Shown: in pieces, positions 1 to 7,782 of the stretch
Numbering within the stretch: the first letter of the stretch is position 1
Layout: the number at the start of each line of letters is the position of its first letter
Source of the DNA: a virus
Virus record (IMG/VR): IMGVR_UViG_3300025093_000011
Coordinates: 1-64,000 of that record
DNA: 64,000 nt
Reading direction: 5' to 3' (one strand)
Made by a program: the position numbers and the translations under genes
Notes under the pieces: generated by a model
Seen by the model: only the letters and a program-made list of their open reading frames with translations
What the model was told of the DNA's origin: nothing
Databases searched by the model: none

Positions 1-138
1 AAGGATATGGTATAAGTAGTACACTCTTATAAAAACTAACACATACATACAAGTGTTTCCCGTAAAAAATTAAAATAATCAAACATTTAAATACACTTTC
101 TCCTGTAAAAGAGTTTACATTGGTGCTACCGTAGATAA

Positions 139-196
139 TAAGGTATCAATGTAGTAAATGCTAAGGTATCAATGCCCAAGTACTAAGGTGTCAATG
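139..196 (+). repeat. Three direct repeats TAAGGTRTCAATG (iteron-like)
   Basis: Copies at 139-151, 162-174 and 184-196, spaced 23 and 22 bp. Copies 2 and 3 extend with CCCAA. Confidence 0.8.
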
Positions 197-213
197 CCCA
201 AATAAGTATGAGA

Positions 214-252
214 TAAATAAAAGAACCTCTCACATTGCTGTGAAAGGCTCTT
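214..252 (-). terminator. Rho-independent terminator after ORF 266-703
   Basis: Minus strand reads AAGAGCCTTTCACA-GCAA-TGTGAGAGGTTCTTTTT, a hairpin followed by a U tract. Confidence 0.8.
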
Positions 253-265
253 ATTAGTACATACC

Positions 266-703
266 TTATGCCTCAAGACTCTCAAATGAAAGACCTAATG
301 CATCTTCAGTGGTAACATCCTCTCTATTGAAGATAGTGTTATAGCTACGAGACTTGAAGTCAGGATATAACTCTCCATCTGCATCTAAGATTCTAAGCTC
401 TACTTGCCCTGCATAAGAATTACCTACCTCTAAAGGCATTTCATCATATGAAGACTTGTGCAATCTTGCAGGAACTTTAGCACCTGTTCTGACAATAGTT
501 GCCTGAACATAGCAAGATTCTTTATCAGAAGAACCCTCTTTTTGCCATTTGATTCCTGAGTCAGGTTTACCTTTCTCATTGTAGGTGAAATCTCTAAGCT
601 CCATAAGTTCAGATTTAGCATAGAATGTATCATTAGTATTCGGATTAACTTTAGCAGTAAACCCCTCAGATTCTAAATAAGCAATAATTTTTTCTTTTTG
701 CAT
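266..703 (-). CDS. Early hypothetical protein, possibly ssDNA-binding (beta-rich, acidic C-terminal tail)
   Basis: 145-aa ORF with its own promoter motif and terminator, ending TTEDALGLSFESLEA. The function is a guess. Confidence 0.7.
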   Translation of the reverse strand: MQKEKIIAYLESEGFTAKVNPNTNDTFYAKSELMELRDFTYNEKGKPDSGIKWQKEGSSDKESCYVQATIVRTGAKVPARLHKSSYDEMPLEVGNSYAGQVELRILDADGELYPDFKSRSYNTIFNREDVTTEDALGLSFESLEA

Positions 704-732
704 TGTAATTTAAATTTATAAGATTAATAATA

Positions 733-756
733 ATTTCATCTATAGCATGTGTTATT
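733..756 (-). promoter_or_regulatory. Putative early phage promoter, copy 1 (AATAACACATGCTATAGATGAAAT)
   Basis: The same 24-mer consensus lies upstream of three consecutive minus-strand genes. Confidence 0.7.
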
Positions 757-850
757 AACAGGCCGTTGTGAGGCACGAACAACCCTTTTCATCAGTCAAC
801 TACTCAGTTATTATTAAAAAGCCGTTTTAACTTGTTAAAACCCTTTTCCA

Positions 851-863
851 TAACTTATTGATT
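851..863 (-). promoter_or_regulatory. IHF-type binding site
   Basis: Minus strand AATCAATAAGTTA matches WATCAANNNNTTR. It is intergenic, and the phage encodes HU/IHF-like proteins. Confidence 0.45.
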
Positions 864-905
864 ATCAAGCACTGAGTCTCATTTCTGTATATATAAGTAA
901 GACAT

Positions 906-933
906 CAAAAAAAAGGGGCTTTTACACCCCCTT
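906..933 (-). terminator. Rho-independent terminator after ORF 938-1186
   Basis: Minus strand reads AAGGGGGTGTAAAAGCCCCTTTTTTTT. Confidence 0.85.
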
Positions 934-937
934 AATA

Positions 938-1186
938 TTAATTTAATTCAGGAAAATCTTCCTTAGTAAGCCACTCTCCATACATGATTTCTGTGATGAG
1001 ACTAACCCTATGTGGATAGGATTTATTTCTATCAAAGTTTTGAATAGGCTCAATGTCCTGTATTCTCTCAAGAACATGTTGCCCTATCTCTAGTTGCTTA
1101 TTACCTGTCTTGTGTAAATCTACATATACAAGTTTACCATTGTTGTGCAAGTCAACATGCTTGCCATAGTTTATTAAATGCTTCAT
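938..1186 (-). CDS. Early hypothetical protein, 82 aa (MKHLINYGKH...)
   Basis: The start was moved to ATG 1186, 15 nt downstream of the CTATAG of promoter copy 2. The longer ORF call 938-1447 would run through a terminator. Confidence 0.7.
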   Translation of the reverse strand: MKHLINYGKHVDLHNNGKLVYVDLHKTGNKQLEIGQHVLERIQDIEPIQNFDRNKSYPHRVSLITEIMYGEWLTKEDFPELN

Positions 1187-1193
1187 AATATAT

Positions 1194-1217
1194 ATTTTAT
1201 CTATAGTGAGTGTTATT
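1194..1217 (-). promoter_or_regulatory. Putative early phage promoter, copy 2 (AATAACACTCACTATAGATAAAAT)
   Basis: Repeated motif sitting between a terminator and an ATG. Confidence 0.7.
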
Positions 1218-1233
1218 CCCTTTTCATTACTTA

Positions 1234-1263
1234 ATAAAAAAAGAACCTCATTTCTGAGGCTCT
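1234..1263 (-). terminator. Rho-independent terminator overlapping the stop of ORF 1248-1424
   Basis: Minus strand reads GAGCCTCA-GAAA-TGAGGTTC-TTTTTTT, with a GNRA loop. Confidence 0.85.
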
Positions 1264-1424
1264 TTCCATAAGCAGATGTTAAAGATGACATACTCACCTG
1301 TGGTGTGCATCTCATATTTACGAAGCACTTTAGTAGTGATCCACTGGTTAATCTTTTGCTGAACCTGTGTGAGAGCTTTCTCATCACTAGCAGGAACAGA
1401 AATAATTTTGACTTTCTTTTCCAT
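1248..1424 (-). CDS. Small early hypothetical protein, 58 aa (not in ORF track)
   Basis: Translates as MEKKVKIISVPASDEKALTQVQQKINQWITTKVLRKYEMHTTGEYVIFNICLWKEPQK. It has a promoter upstream at the same spacing as copy 2 and a terminator at its stop. Confidence 0.7.
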   Translation of the reverse strand: MEKKVKIISVPASDEKALTQVQQKINQWITTKVLRKYEMHTTGEYVIFNICLWKEPQK

Positions 1425-1431
1425 AGCATTA

Positions 1432-1455
1432 ATTTTATATATAGCAAGTGTTATT
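1432..1455 (-). promoter_or_regulatory. Putative early phage promoter, copy 3 (AATAACACTTGCTATATATAAAAT)
   Basis: Repeated motif with the same spacing to the ATG as copy 2. Confidence 0.7.
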
Positions 1456-1509
1456 AATTCCTTTTATATTACATTACATATCTTACTTACTTAACATATA
1501 TATACTAGA

Positions 1510-1730
1510 TTCTGTGTGTTGGCTGTGGTCTGGCTTGTGTGAGTGAAGGATTGTGTGATGGAGGCAGTGTACCTAGTCAACTTACTCACATGTGCTAGAA
1601 CTTTCCCTGTAGGAATTCTTTTTGCTTTTTAAATTCTAGAAATTTCTTTGATGTTTTAAAATTAGTAGGGGGTACACACCAAGGGTGGGTGGCAGGGGGG
1701 TCTTTTAGCATAGGATCCTACACTATGTCT
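1510..1730. other. Non-coding strand-switch region with G-runs (candidate terminus/pac/ori)
   Basis: GT-rich tract, GGGGG-N10-GGG-T-GGG-N5-GGGGGG, and palindrome TAGGATCCTA. Genes diverge on either side. Confidence 0.45.
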
Positions 1731-1783
1731 AATATGGTAAACTTCATTCACCGTAAGTTTATTACTTGGGCATGTCCTGGATA

Positions 1784-1795
1784 TTTAGTATATTA
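1784..1795 (+). promoter_or_regulatory. Putative late promoter TTTAGTATATTA
   Basis: One of nine copies lying just upstream of late genes. Confidence 0.65.
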
Positions 1796-1800
1796 AGTAC

Positions 1801-1968
1801 ATGACTAATCAAGAAATTAAAGATAAGATAGCTCTACTAGAGAAAGAGCTTACAGGTGAAATGTTCCAGGATATGGATATCAAGGATCAGATACATGTTC
1901 TCCAGATGAAACTTACCGGCACTAAGCCAGAAGATTCTCATTTTGAGTGCGAGGGTTGTGGTTCTTAA
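1801..1968 (+). CDS. Small protein, 55 aa, with C-terminal CxxCGS (not in ORF track)
   Basis: Translates as MTNQEIKDKIALLEKELTGEMFQDMDIKDQIHVLQMKLTGTKPEDSHFECEGCGS. Confidence 0.75.
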   Translation: MTNQEIKDKIALLEKELTGEMFQDMDIKDQIHVLQMKLTGTKPEDSHFECEGCGS

Positions 1969-1977
1969 ATTTTTTTT

Positions 1978-1985
1978 TATATTTG
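1978..1985 (+). promoter_or_regulatory. Bacteroidota sigma-A -7 element TAnnTTTG (TATATTTG)
   Basis: Matches the host housekeeping consensus, upstream of groES. Also found at 9669-9676 and 31816-31823. Confidence 0.55.
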
Positions 1986-2007
1986 TGTAAATTAAAACCA
2001 ACACAAT

Positions 2008-2301
2008 ATGAAATTTAAACTAAGGGGCAATAGAGTTCTTCTAGATAAGCCTGCCAAACCAGAGCCTAAAACAGATCTTATCCTAAATGAGGATGTAGAG
2101 AAAGAACAAGAAAAAGAGATGATGAAGAAATGGACTCATCTAAATGTTTTTGCTGTAGGGGAAGATGTTAAGGATATCACTATAGGTGATAAAGTATATG
2201 TGCGTACTCAAGCATTGCACAATGCAGAGATCATTGAGTTTGGAGAAGACATCAAGATGTCAGTTAAGGATTTTGATATTGCTATAGTATGGGAGCAATA
2301 A
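2008..2301 (+). CDS. groES: Co-chaperonin GroES-like (Cpn10)
   Basis: Contains LRGNRVLL, a mobile loop, V.AVG...I.IGDKV and a terminal DIAIV. Confidence 0.85.
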   Translation: MKFKLRGNRVLLDKPAKPEPKTDLILNEDVEKEQEKEMMKKWTHLNVFAVGEDVKDITIGDKVYVRTQALHNAEIIEFGEDIKMSVKDFDIAIVWEQ

Positions 2302-2639
2302 AGAGTAAAGACTGGTACAGCAATATGAAAGATTTTAAAAAAAGACAATCTCCTTATGGAGGAATGAGTGATGGAGTATATAAGTCTACTCCAAGTAGAG
2401 AACTTCCTGTTGATAGAATAGTAACACTTCCTGATGACTATGTTCCGAAGAATAAACATAAGCAGTTGCCTAAATCGGAGTTGTTTCCTATATTGGATAA
2501 ACTTAATTTGTCAGATGATTTTTGTTTAGGGAATGTAGTTAAGTATGTATCTAGGTCTAGAGGTAGGAATAAGGATAAGGAAAAAGAAGATCTTAGAAAA
2601 GCATTGATTTATTTACAGAGAAAAATTGAAACGTTATGA
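2289..2639 (+). CDS. DUF3310-like protein
   Basis: Motif FCLGNVVKYVSR...EDLRKALIYL. Confidence 0.75.
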   Translation: MGAIKSKDWYSNMKDFKKRQSPYGGMSDGVYKSTPSRELPVDRIVTLPDDYVPKNKHKQLPKSELFPILDKLNLSDDFCLGNVVKYVSRSRGRNKDKEKEDLRKALIYLQRKIETL

Positions 2640-2839
2640 GCCTGAAGAATAATAGAGATTGGTTAAAAGCCCTTGATATGTTACAAATACTTTTTGCTTT
2701 AGTAATGACTATAGCATACATATATATGATTACTCAAACTAATTATCTTAATAACTGGTATCTTAAGATTGCAGTGGGGGTAGCTTGTTTTGGAGCATTG
2801 ATAGGGGGTATTTTACATTTTAAAAATTCTAAGAAATGA
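2636..2839 (+). CDS. Small membrane protein (2 TM)
   Basis: Two hydrophobic helices, with overlapping start and stop codons. Confidence 0.7.
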   Translation: MSLKNNRDWLKALDMLQILFALVMTIAYIYMITQTNYLNNWYLKIAVGVACFGALIGGILHFKNSKK

Positions 2840-3204
2840 TGTATATATTGTTATTTGCATTATCAGGTATAAGTGAAGCTGTCATGGATACATTACAATT
2901 TCATTATGGTAAAAGCATGTTTAAGAACTTTAATAAGTTATTTTGGGATCCTTCTGTGTCTTGGAAGAATAAATATAAGAACGGTGAGCCTGGTGCAGGT
3001 CCTAAATTTTGGGGAAGCACTACGTTTTTTGTAGGAATAACTGATGCTTGGCATTTATTTAAGCTTCTCAGGAATCTATTTCTTTTCATAGGGATATTCT
3101 TTTTATGTTATAACTACTGTGGTTTTTGGCCAGTGTTATTACATGTTATTATATCTAGAGTAATATATGGAGCTTCATTTACTTTATTATATAAAACTTT
3201 TTAA
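2836..3204 (+). CDS. Multi-TM membrane protein
   Basis: Hydrophobic helices around SWKNKY...TDAWHLFK. Confidence 0.7.
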   Translation: MMYILLFALSGISEAVMDTLQFHYGKSMFKNFNKLFWDPSVSWKNKYKNGEPGAGPKFWGSTTFFVGITDAWHLFKLLRNLFLFIGIFFLCYNYCGFWPVLLHVIISRVIYGASFTLLYKTF

Positions 3205-3206
3205 AT

Positions 3207-3404
3207 ATGTTTCTTAAAGTACTATTCTGTTCATTTTTAATTTTTATGATTTTATTTTTATTAGTCATTGGCAGAATACTATGTAAGGATATAGAAGATC
3301 CAGTCAGCATGGAGGTTCATAAAGATGAAGAAGGTAGAATGTTTGGGTATTCATTATATGTTCTAGCTTTAATGTGCTTCTGTGTGCTTTGGTGGTATCT
3401 TTAA
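3207..3404 (+). CDS. Small membrane protein (2 TM)
   Basis: Two hydrophobic segments. Confidence 0.65.
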   Translation: MFLKVLFCSFLIFMILFLLVIGRILCKDIEDPVSMEVHKDEEGRMFGYSLYVLALMCFCVLWWYL

Positions 3405-3426
3405 TTGTGTATATAATATAAAGCAG

Positions 3427-3457
3427 AGCCTCTGGTTTTTAGCCAGGGGCTTTTTTT
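3427..3457 (+). terminator. Rho-independent terminator
   Basis: AGCCTCTGG...CCAGGGGC-TTTTTTT. Confidence 0.85.
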
Positions 3458-3468
3458 ATTCAATATTT

Positions 3469-3480
3469 TTTAGTATATTA
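3469..3480 (+). promoter_or_regulatory. Putative late promoter TTTAGTATATTA
   Basis: Repeated motif between a terminator and the structural operon. Confidence 0.7.
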
Positions 3481-3510
3481 TAGTATTATATATAATAAAA
3501 TTTAAACAAA

Positions 3511-3840
3511 ATGGCACTAAAGAAAATATTTAAAGGCAGAAAAGTAGCAACGGTCCGTCCTACTGACTTTTCACAAACATTATTAGCAGCAGGAGATTGG
3601 AATTACAATCTTATGGAGCAAATTGAAGCAGAGCTTAAATTAAAAGCTCCTATTGATAATGCAGGTTTAACTGGAACTACTACTGTTAAAACTCTAGTTG
3701 TAAATAGTACAGCTACATTTGATATACCAAGTACTGTTACTATGAATAGTTTAGTAATTGTAATGGGTAGTCTTCCATTAGCTGATCCAGGAAATCCAGG
3801 ACAACTTTGGAATGATGGTGGTACTGTAAAAGTTAGCTAA
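3511..3840 (+). CDS. Putative head fibre / capsid decoration protein
   Basis: C-terminal LP.ADP..PGQLWNDGGTVKVS, typical of small phage structural fibres. Confidence 0.55.
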   Translation: MALKKIFKGRKVATVRPTDFSQTLLAAGDWNYNLMEQIEAELKLKAPIDNAGLTGTTTVKTLVVNSTATFDIPSTVTMNSLVIVMGSLPLADPGNPGQLWNDGGTVKVS

Positions 3841-3845
3841 TAGTA

Positions 3846-4055
3846 ATGCCTAAGAAATTCAAAAATGTTTCTCCAGATCCTTACCTTAAAACAGGTGAGG
3901 ATATGGGGTTAGCTAAATTCGGTCATTTAAATTTCCTACTAGGTCAGTTAAATGATAATGTCCATGCTGATAATGCAGCAGCTAAAACAGCAGGTTTAAA
4001 AGCTGGTGATTTTTATAGAACAGCTACAGGACAAGTACATATTGTTTATGATTAA
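3846..4055 (+). CDS. Putative small capsid decoration protein
   Basis: Motif ADNAAAK.AGL..GDFYRT, seen in phage structural proteins. Confidence 0.5.
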   Translation: MPKKFKNVSPDPYLKTGEDMGLAKFGHLNFLLGQLNDNVHADNAAAKTAGLKAGDFYRTATGQVHIVYD

Positions 4056-4067
4056 AAAAATTAAAAA

Positions 4068-4757
4068 ATGTCAATAGGAAATTTAAAAACACAAGGAGGT
4101 AAAGGTACTAATTGGCCTTGGCAATATAGAATGCTCCTTGGTCTAGATAAGATTGCAGCGGCAGTTGCTACTGGTGGAAAAGATTATGAATCAGATTTAA
4201 TTAGTATTAAGTGTGGAGCAAGTCCTGCAATAACTAGATTAGAAGTAAGAATATATGATCCATCAGTTCCAAGTTGGACTATTAAACTGTATCCTCCAGG
4301 AAGTACAACTGAAGATACTACTGATTATTCAGCTTGTACAATAACTTATTTAGATGCAGGCGATGCTTCAGAAGCTACATTAGAATTATGTAGACAATTA
4401 CTTGCAACTATTGATACTGATACTGGCAATATTGCTACATCAACTGCAACTACAGCTACTAATACTACAGCTATAGAGCTTGATACTCGTTCTCTTAATG
4501 ATACTACGGCAATGCCTGCAATGTTAAGAGCAACTGCTTCAGGTTTAGTAACAATTGCAGCTTCTATGAAGTCTGTATCTTTTTATAACGCAGCTGCAGT
4601 AGATGCAAATGTTTTAGGAATAGTTCTTAAAGCAGGAGAAACTGTAAATTTTGATGCAGGTGGTAATATGAATAAGTTTGCTGCAAGCACCTTTGATTAT
4701 GATCCAGATCCAGCAGGTGGAAATGCAGGAGATCTTTTGGTAATTTATGTAGCATAA
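4068..4757 (+). CDS. Putative head fibre / structural protein
   Basis: Ala/Thr-rich with a short coiled segment and a beta-rich C domain, inside the structural operon. Confidence 0.5.
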   Translation: MSIGNLKTQGGKGTNWPWQYRMLLGLDKIAAAVATGGKDYESDLISIKCGASPAITRLEVRIYDPSVPSWTIKLYPPGSTTEDTTDYSACTITYLDAGDASEATLELCRQLLATIDTDTGNIATSTATTATNTTAIELDTRSLNDTTAMPAMLRATASGLVTIAASMKSVSFYNAAAVDANVLGIVLKAGETVNFDAGGNMNKFAASTFDYDPDPAGGNAGDLLVIYVA

Positions 4758-4760
4758 GTC

Positions 4761-6539
4761 ATGGGTGTTTCTATTAACACAACCAAGTCTCTAGGAAGAA
4801 GTGTAGGAACTAGAATTTCTCCTCCACAAAATACTGTGGATACTGAGTCAATGATTTTTACTATTACTACAACTGCACCTAATGAAGATTTTGTTATAAG
4901 GAGTCAAACTCCAAGTGTAAATAATTATGATGTAGATTGGGGAGATAGTAATTCAGAATCAGGAGTTACTGATGTTAATAAAACTCATACATATGCTGTA
5001 GCAGGAACTTATGAAATTAAGATTACTGGAGACATTTATATAAGAAATAGTGATACTACAACTGCTGCACAGTATACTGAATTTAAGCAATGGGGTACAA
5101 ATACAACTATAAGAGGGTTAAGGGAGTGGTTTACTGAATGTATTAATATGACATACACAGCTACAGATGCTCCTAATTTTAATATGACTGTAGGTGCTTC
5201 ATATAAAGGCCCATATCAATTATTTAAAGGGTGTGACTCTATAATATCTTTAGACTTATCTAACTGGAATACTTCAGCTTTTGCTGGTACTACTTCTCAG
5301 AATGCTTTTATTCAAATGGCTAACGTTACTTCTATAAATATTACAGGATGGGATGTTAGTACTGTTACAAATGCTTCAAGTTGGTTTAGTCAATCAGGAA
5401 ATAGTGGTGCAGGATTAGCTGTTATTGCTCCTAATTTAAATTGGGCGGCCTGTTCAAATATGAGTTCAATGTTTAACGATGCTAATTTAACATCAGCTAC
5501 TGATATAACAGGTTGGACATTAAGAGCAGCAGGTACTACAACAACTCAAATGTTTAGAAAAATTGGTTATACACCAGGAGCAACAGGAGGTTGTAATTTA
5601 GATTTAACAGGTTGGAACAATACCTCAGTTTTCACATCAGGAGCTAATTTATTTTTACAGTCTTATGGTTTGAGTACTGTTAACCTTACTAATTGGGATA
5701 TAAGTAATATAACTAGTTTTTCAGGTATGTTTAGTACCTGTACTTATCTTACTGATATAGTAGGATTAAATACTTTAAGAGCTGACTCTGCCACTAACAT
5801 GACTAATGCTTTTTATCTCACTTATAGATTAAAATTTGATACACATAACTTTCATGATGACTTTGGTGCAAATTGGTCTGTTACTACTTTTAGTGGTACT
5901 TTTAATAAAAATGGATACTCTCTTACAGCAGGAAGCAGAGGTGTAATACCTAATGTAACTAATTGGGATATGTCTACTGCAACAACTGTTTATCAAATGT
6001 TCAGAGATGCTAGATTTGAAGACAGTAATCAAACACTTGCTCCTTCAAGCTCTTGGGATTTAAGTAACTGTAGTGGTAATGTTATGAAATTGCTTTTCTA
6101 TGATACAACAGGTATTCAAACTTTAGATTTTTCTAATGTAACTATACCTAGTGCTATAACTGATCTAAGTAATTTTATAACATATAACACTGCTGCTCCT
6201 AAAACATTAACAACAGTAATTTTTGGAGCTAATTGTAATTTTAGTGGAGTTACTACATGGTCTGGTGCTTTTAATAACCAAACTCTACTTACTACATTAA
6301 CTTTTGATAGTTCTGTAAGTTTTGCAGGAACAACAAATATGGGAAGCATGTTGACAAGCTCACCTTTAAATGTAACATCATATGATAATCTTTTAATTAG
6401 AGCAGCTGCAACAAACACTAATACTGTAACATTATCTGCAAATCAATCCCAATATAGTTGTGCTCCATCTTCAGGAGCTACTGCAAGAGCAACATTAATT
6501 ACAGCAGGATGGACTATAACAGATTCAGGATGTACATAA
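4761..6539 (+). CDS. PKD domain plus DUF285/BspA-type leucine-rich repeat surface protein
   Basis: VDWGD...HTYAVAGTYEIKI (PKD) followed by repeated WD.S..T....MF units. Confidence 0.8.
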   Translation: MGVSINTTKSLGRSVGTRISPPQNTVDTESMIFTITTTAPNEDFVIRSQTPSVNNYDVDWGDSNSESGVTDVNKTHTYAVAGTYEIKITGDIYIRNSDTTTAAQYTEFKQWGTNTTIRGLREWFTECINMTYTATDAPNFNMTVGASYKGPYQLFKGCDSIISLDLSNWNTSAFAGTTSQNAFIQMANVTSINITGWDVSTVTNASSWFSQSGNSGAGLAVIAPNLNWAACSNMSSMFNDANLTSATDITGWTLRAAGTTTTQMFRKIGYTPGATGGCNLDLTGWNNTSVFTSGANLFLQSYGLSTVNLTNWDISNITSFSGMFSTCTYLTDIVGLNTLRADSATNMTNAFYLTYRLKFDTHNFHDDFGANWSVTTFSGTFNKNGYSLTAGSRGVIPNVTNWDMSTATTVYQMFRDARFEDSNQTLAPSSSWDLSNCSGNVMKLLFYDTTGIQTLDFSNVTIPSAITDLSNFITYNTAAPKTLTTVIFGANCNFSGVTTWSGAFNNQTLLTTLTFDSSVSFAGTTNMGSMLTSSPLNVTSYDNLLIRAAATNTNTVTLSANQSQYSCAPSSGATARATLITAGWTITDSGCT

Positions 6540-6552
6540 AATATAAAATATA

Positions 6553-6846
6553 ATGGCACAGTTTAGTATAAATGAAATAACAAAAAATAACCCTAATAGA
6601 TGGTTCTATGTAATGAACAGTCAAGGAGAAACTGGTCTTGTTGTATTTGGTTATGCTGGTGACCAAGGAGTTACAGAAGTTGTAACAGGTCAACCCACTA
6701 TAAATGCTTTTTTAACTGAAGATGAGTTAGAATCATTTGTAAATGAAGATGTGGGTATTGATAATTATTATAAAAATTCAGTAGAAAGTAACTCTGATAA
6801 ATTTCAAGGACCTTCAGGTAAGTATATTCCTACTCCACCTGAATAG
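6553..6846 (+). CDS. Hypothetical protein (possible partner or chaperone of the DUF285 protein)
   Basis: 97-aa ORF in the operon. Confidence 0.6.
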   Translation: MAQFSINEITKNNPNRWFYVMNSQGETGLVVFGYAGDQGVTEVVTGQPTINAFLTEDELESFVNEDVGIDNYYKNSVESNSDKFQGPSGKYIPTPPE

Positions 6847-6868
6847 AAGAAATTAAAAAAAAAGAAAT

Positions 6869-7762
6869 ATGAAAATAAAAGCACATGCTGCTAATATCCA
6901 TGAGATTAAACTTGAGGGTACAAAGGCTAGGATTGCCATGTTGTCAGATATACACTGGGATAACCCAAAGTGTGACTGGGATACATTAAAAAGAGATTTA
7001 AATTACTGTGTAAAAGAATCTATTCCTATTATGATAAATGGAGACATGTTTTGTCTCATGCAAGGAAGAGGAGATAATAGAAAAAATAAATCTGATATAA
7101 GACCAGAACATAACAATGCAAAATATTTAGATAGTGTTGTAGAAACTGCTGTTAAATGGTGGTCACCATACTCTCACTTACTTACTGTTATAGGATATGG
7201 TAATCATGAAACAGGTATTATTAAATGGCAAGAAACAGATATACTTGCTAGATTTGTTAAAATGCTTAATCATGAAAATAATACTAATGTGCAAGTAGGT
7301 GGCTATGGTGGCTGGATACTTGTAAATCAAATTCTCAGAGGTACTAGAAGAGACAGAGGTGGTGTAGTAAGAACTATGAAGATAAGATACTTTCACGGAT
7401 CTGGTGGAGGAGGTATTGTAACTAAAGGAGCCTTGAATCTTACTAGAGCTTTAGAAATGTATGAAGACTTTGATGTGTTTACAATGGGGCATATACATGA
7501 GAATGCAGCTAGAAATGATGTAAGAGATAAATTAATACAAGGTAGAGATAACTATAGACAAGAGCAAAGACAAATTCACATGATGCTTACAGGTACATAT
7601 AAAGAAGAATATGGTGATGGATCCAAAGGGTGGCATGTAGAAAGAGGAGCTCCTATTAAACCTGTAGGAGGTAGAATCTTAAACATTAGATATAGAAGAG
7701 ATACTAAAGGAGGTGTTGATATATACCACAGAGGTATAGATTCACACAAGTTCCCTGTGTAA
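6869..7762 (+). CDS. Calcineurin-like metallophosphoesterase
   Basis: Motifs SDIHW, NGD, GNHE, FHG and MGHIH in canonical order. Confidence 0.85.
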   Translation: MKIKAHAANIHEIKLEGTKARIAMLSDIHWDNPKCDWDTLKRDLNYCVKESIPIMINGDMFCLMQGRGDNRKNKSDIRPEHNNAKYLDSVVETAVKWWSPYSHLLTVIGYGNHETGIIKWQETDILARFVKMLNHENNTNVQVGGYGGWILVNQILRGTRRDRGGVVRTMKIRYFHGSGGGGIVTKGALNLTRALEMYEDFDVFTMGHIHENAARNDVRDKLIQGRDNYRQEQRQIHMMLTGTYKEEYGDGSKGWHVERGAPIKPVGGRILNIRYRRDTKGGVDIYHRGIDSHKFPV

Positions 7763-7782
7763 ATTTTCATAATTTAAATAAT

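Noticed and set aside
139-200. Mini CRISPR array
   Set aside because: Repeats are only 13 bp with 9-10 bp similar spacers, and there is no cas context.
760-800. Hammerhead ribozyme (CTGATGA on the minus strand)
   Set aside because: No GAAA after the putative stem II and no closing stems with a UH site.
938-1447. 169-aa ORF as called in the track
   Set aside because: It spans a terminator and a promoter. It is better explained as two genes, 1248-1424 and 938-1186.
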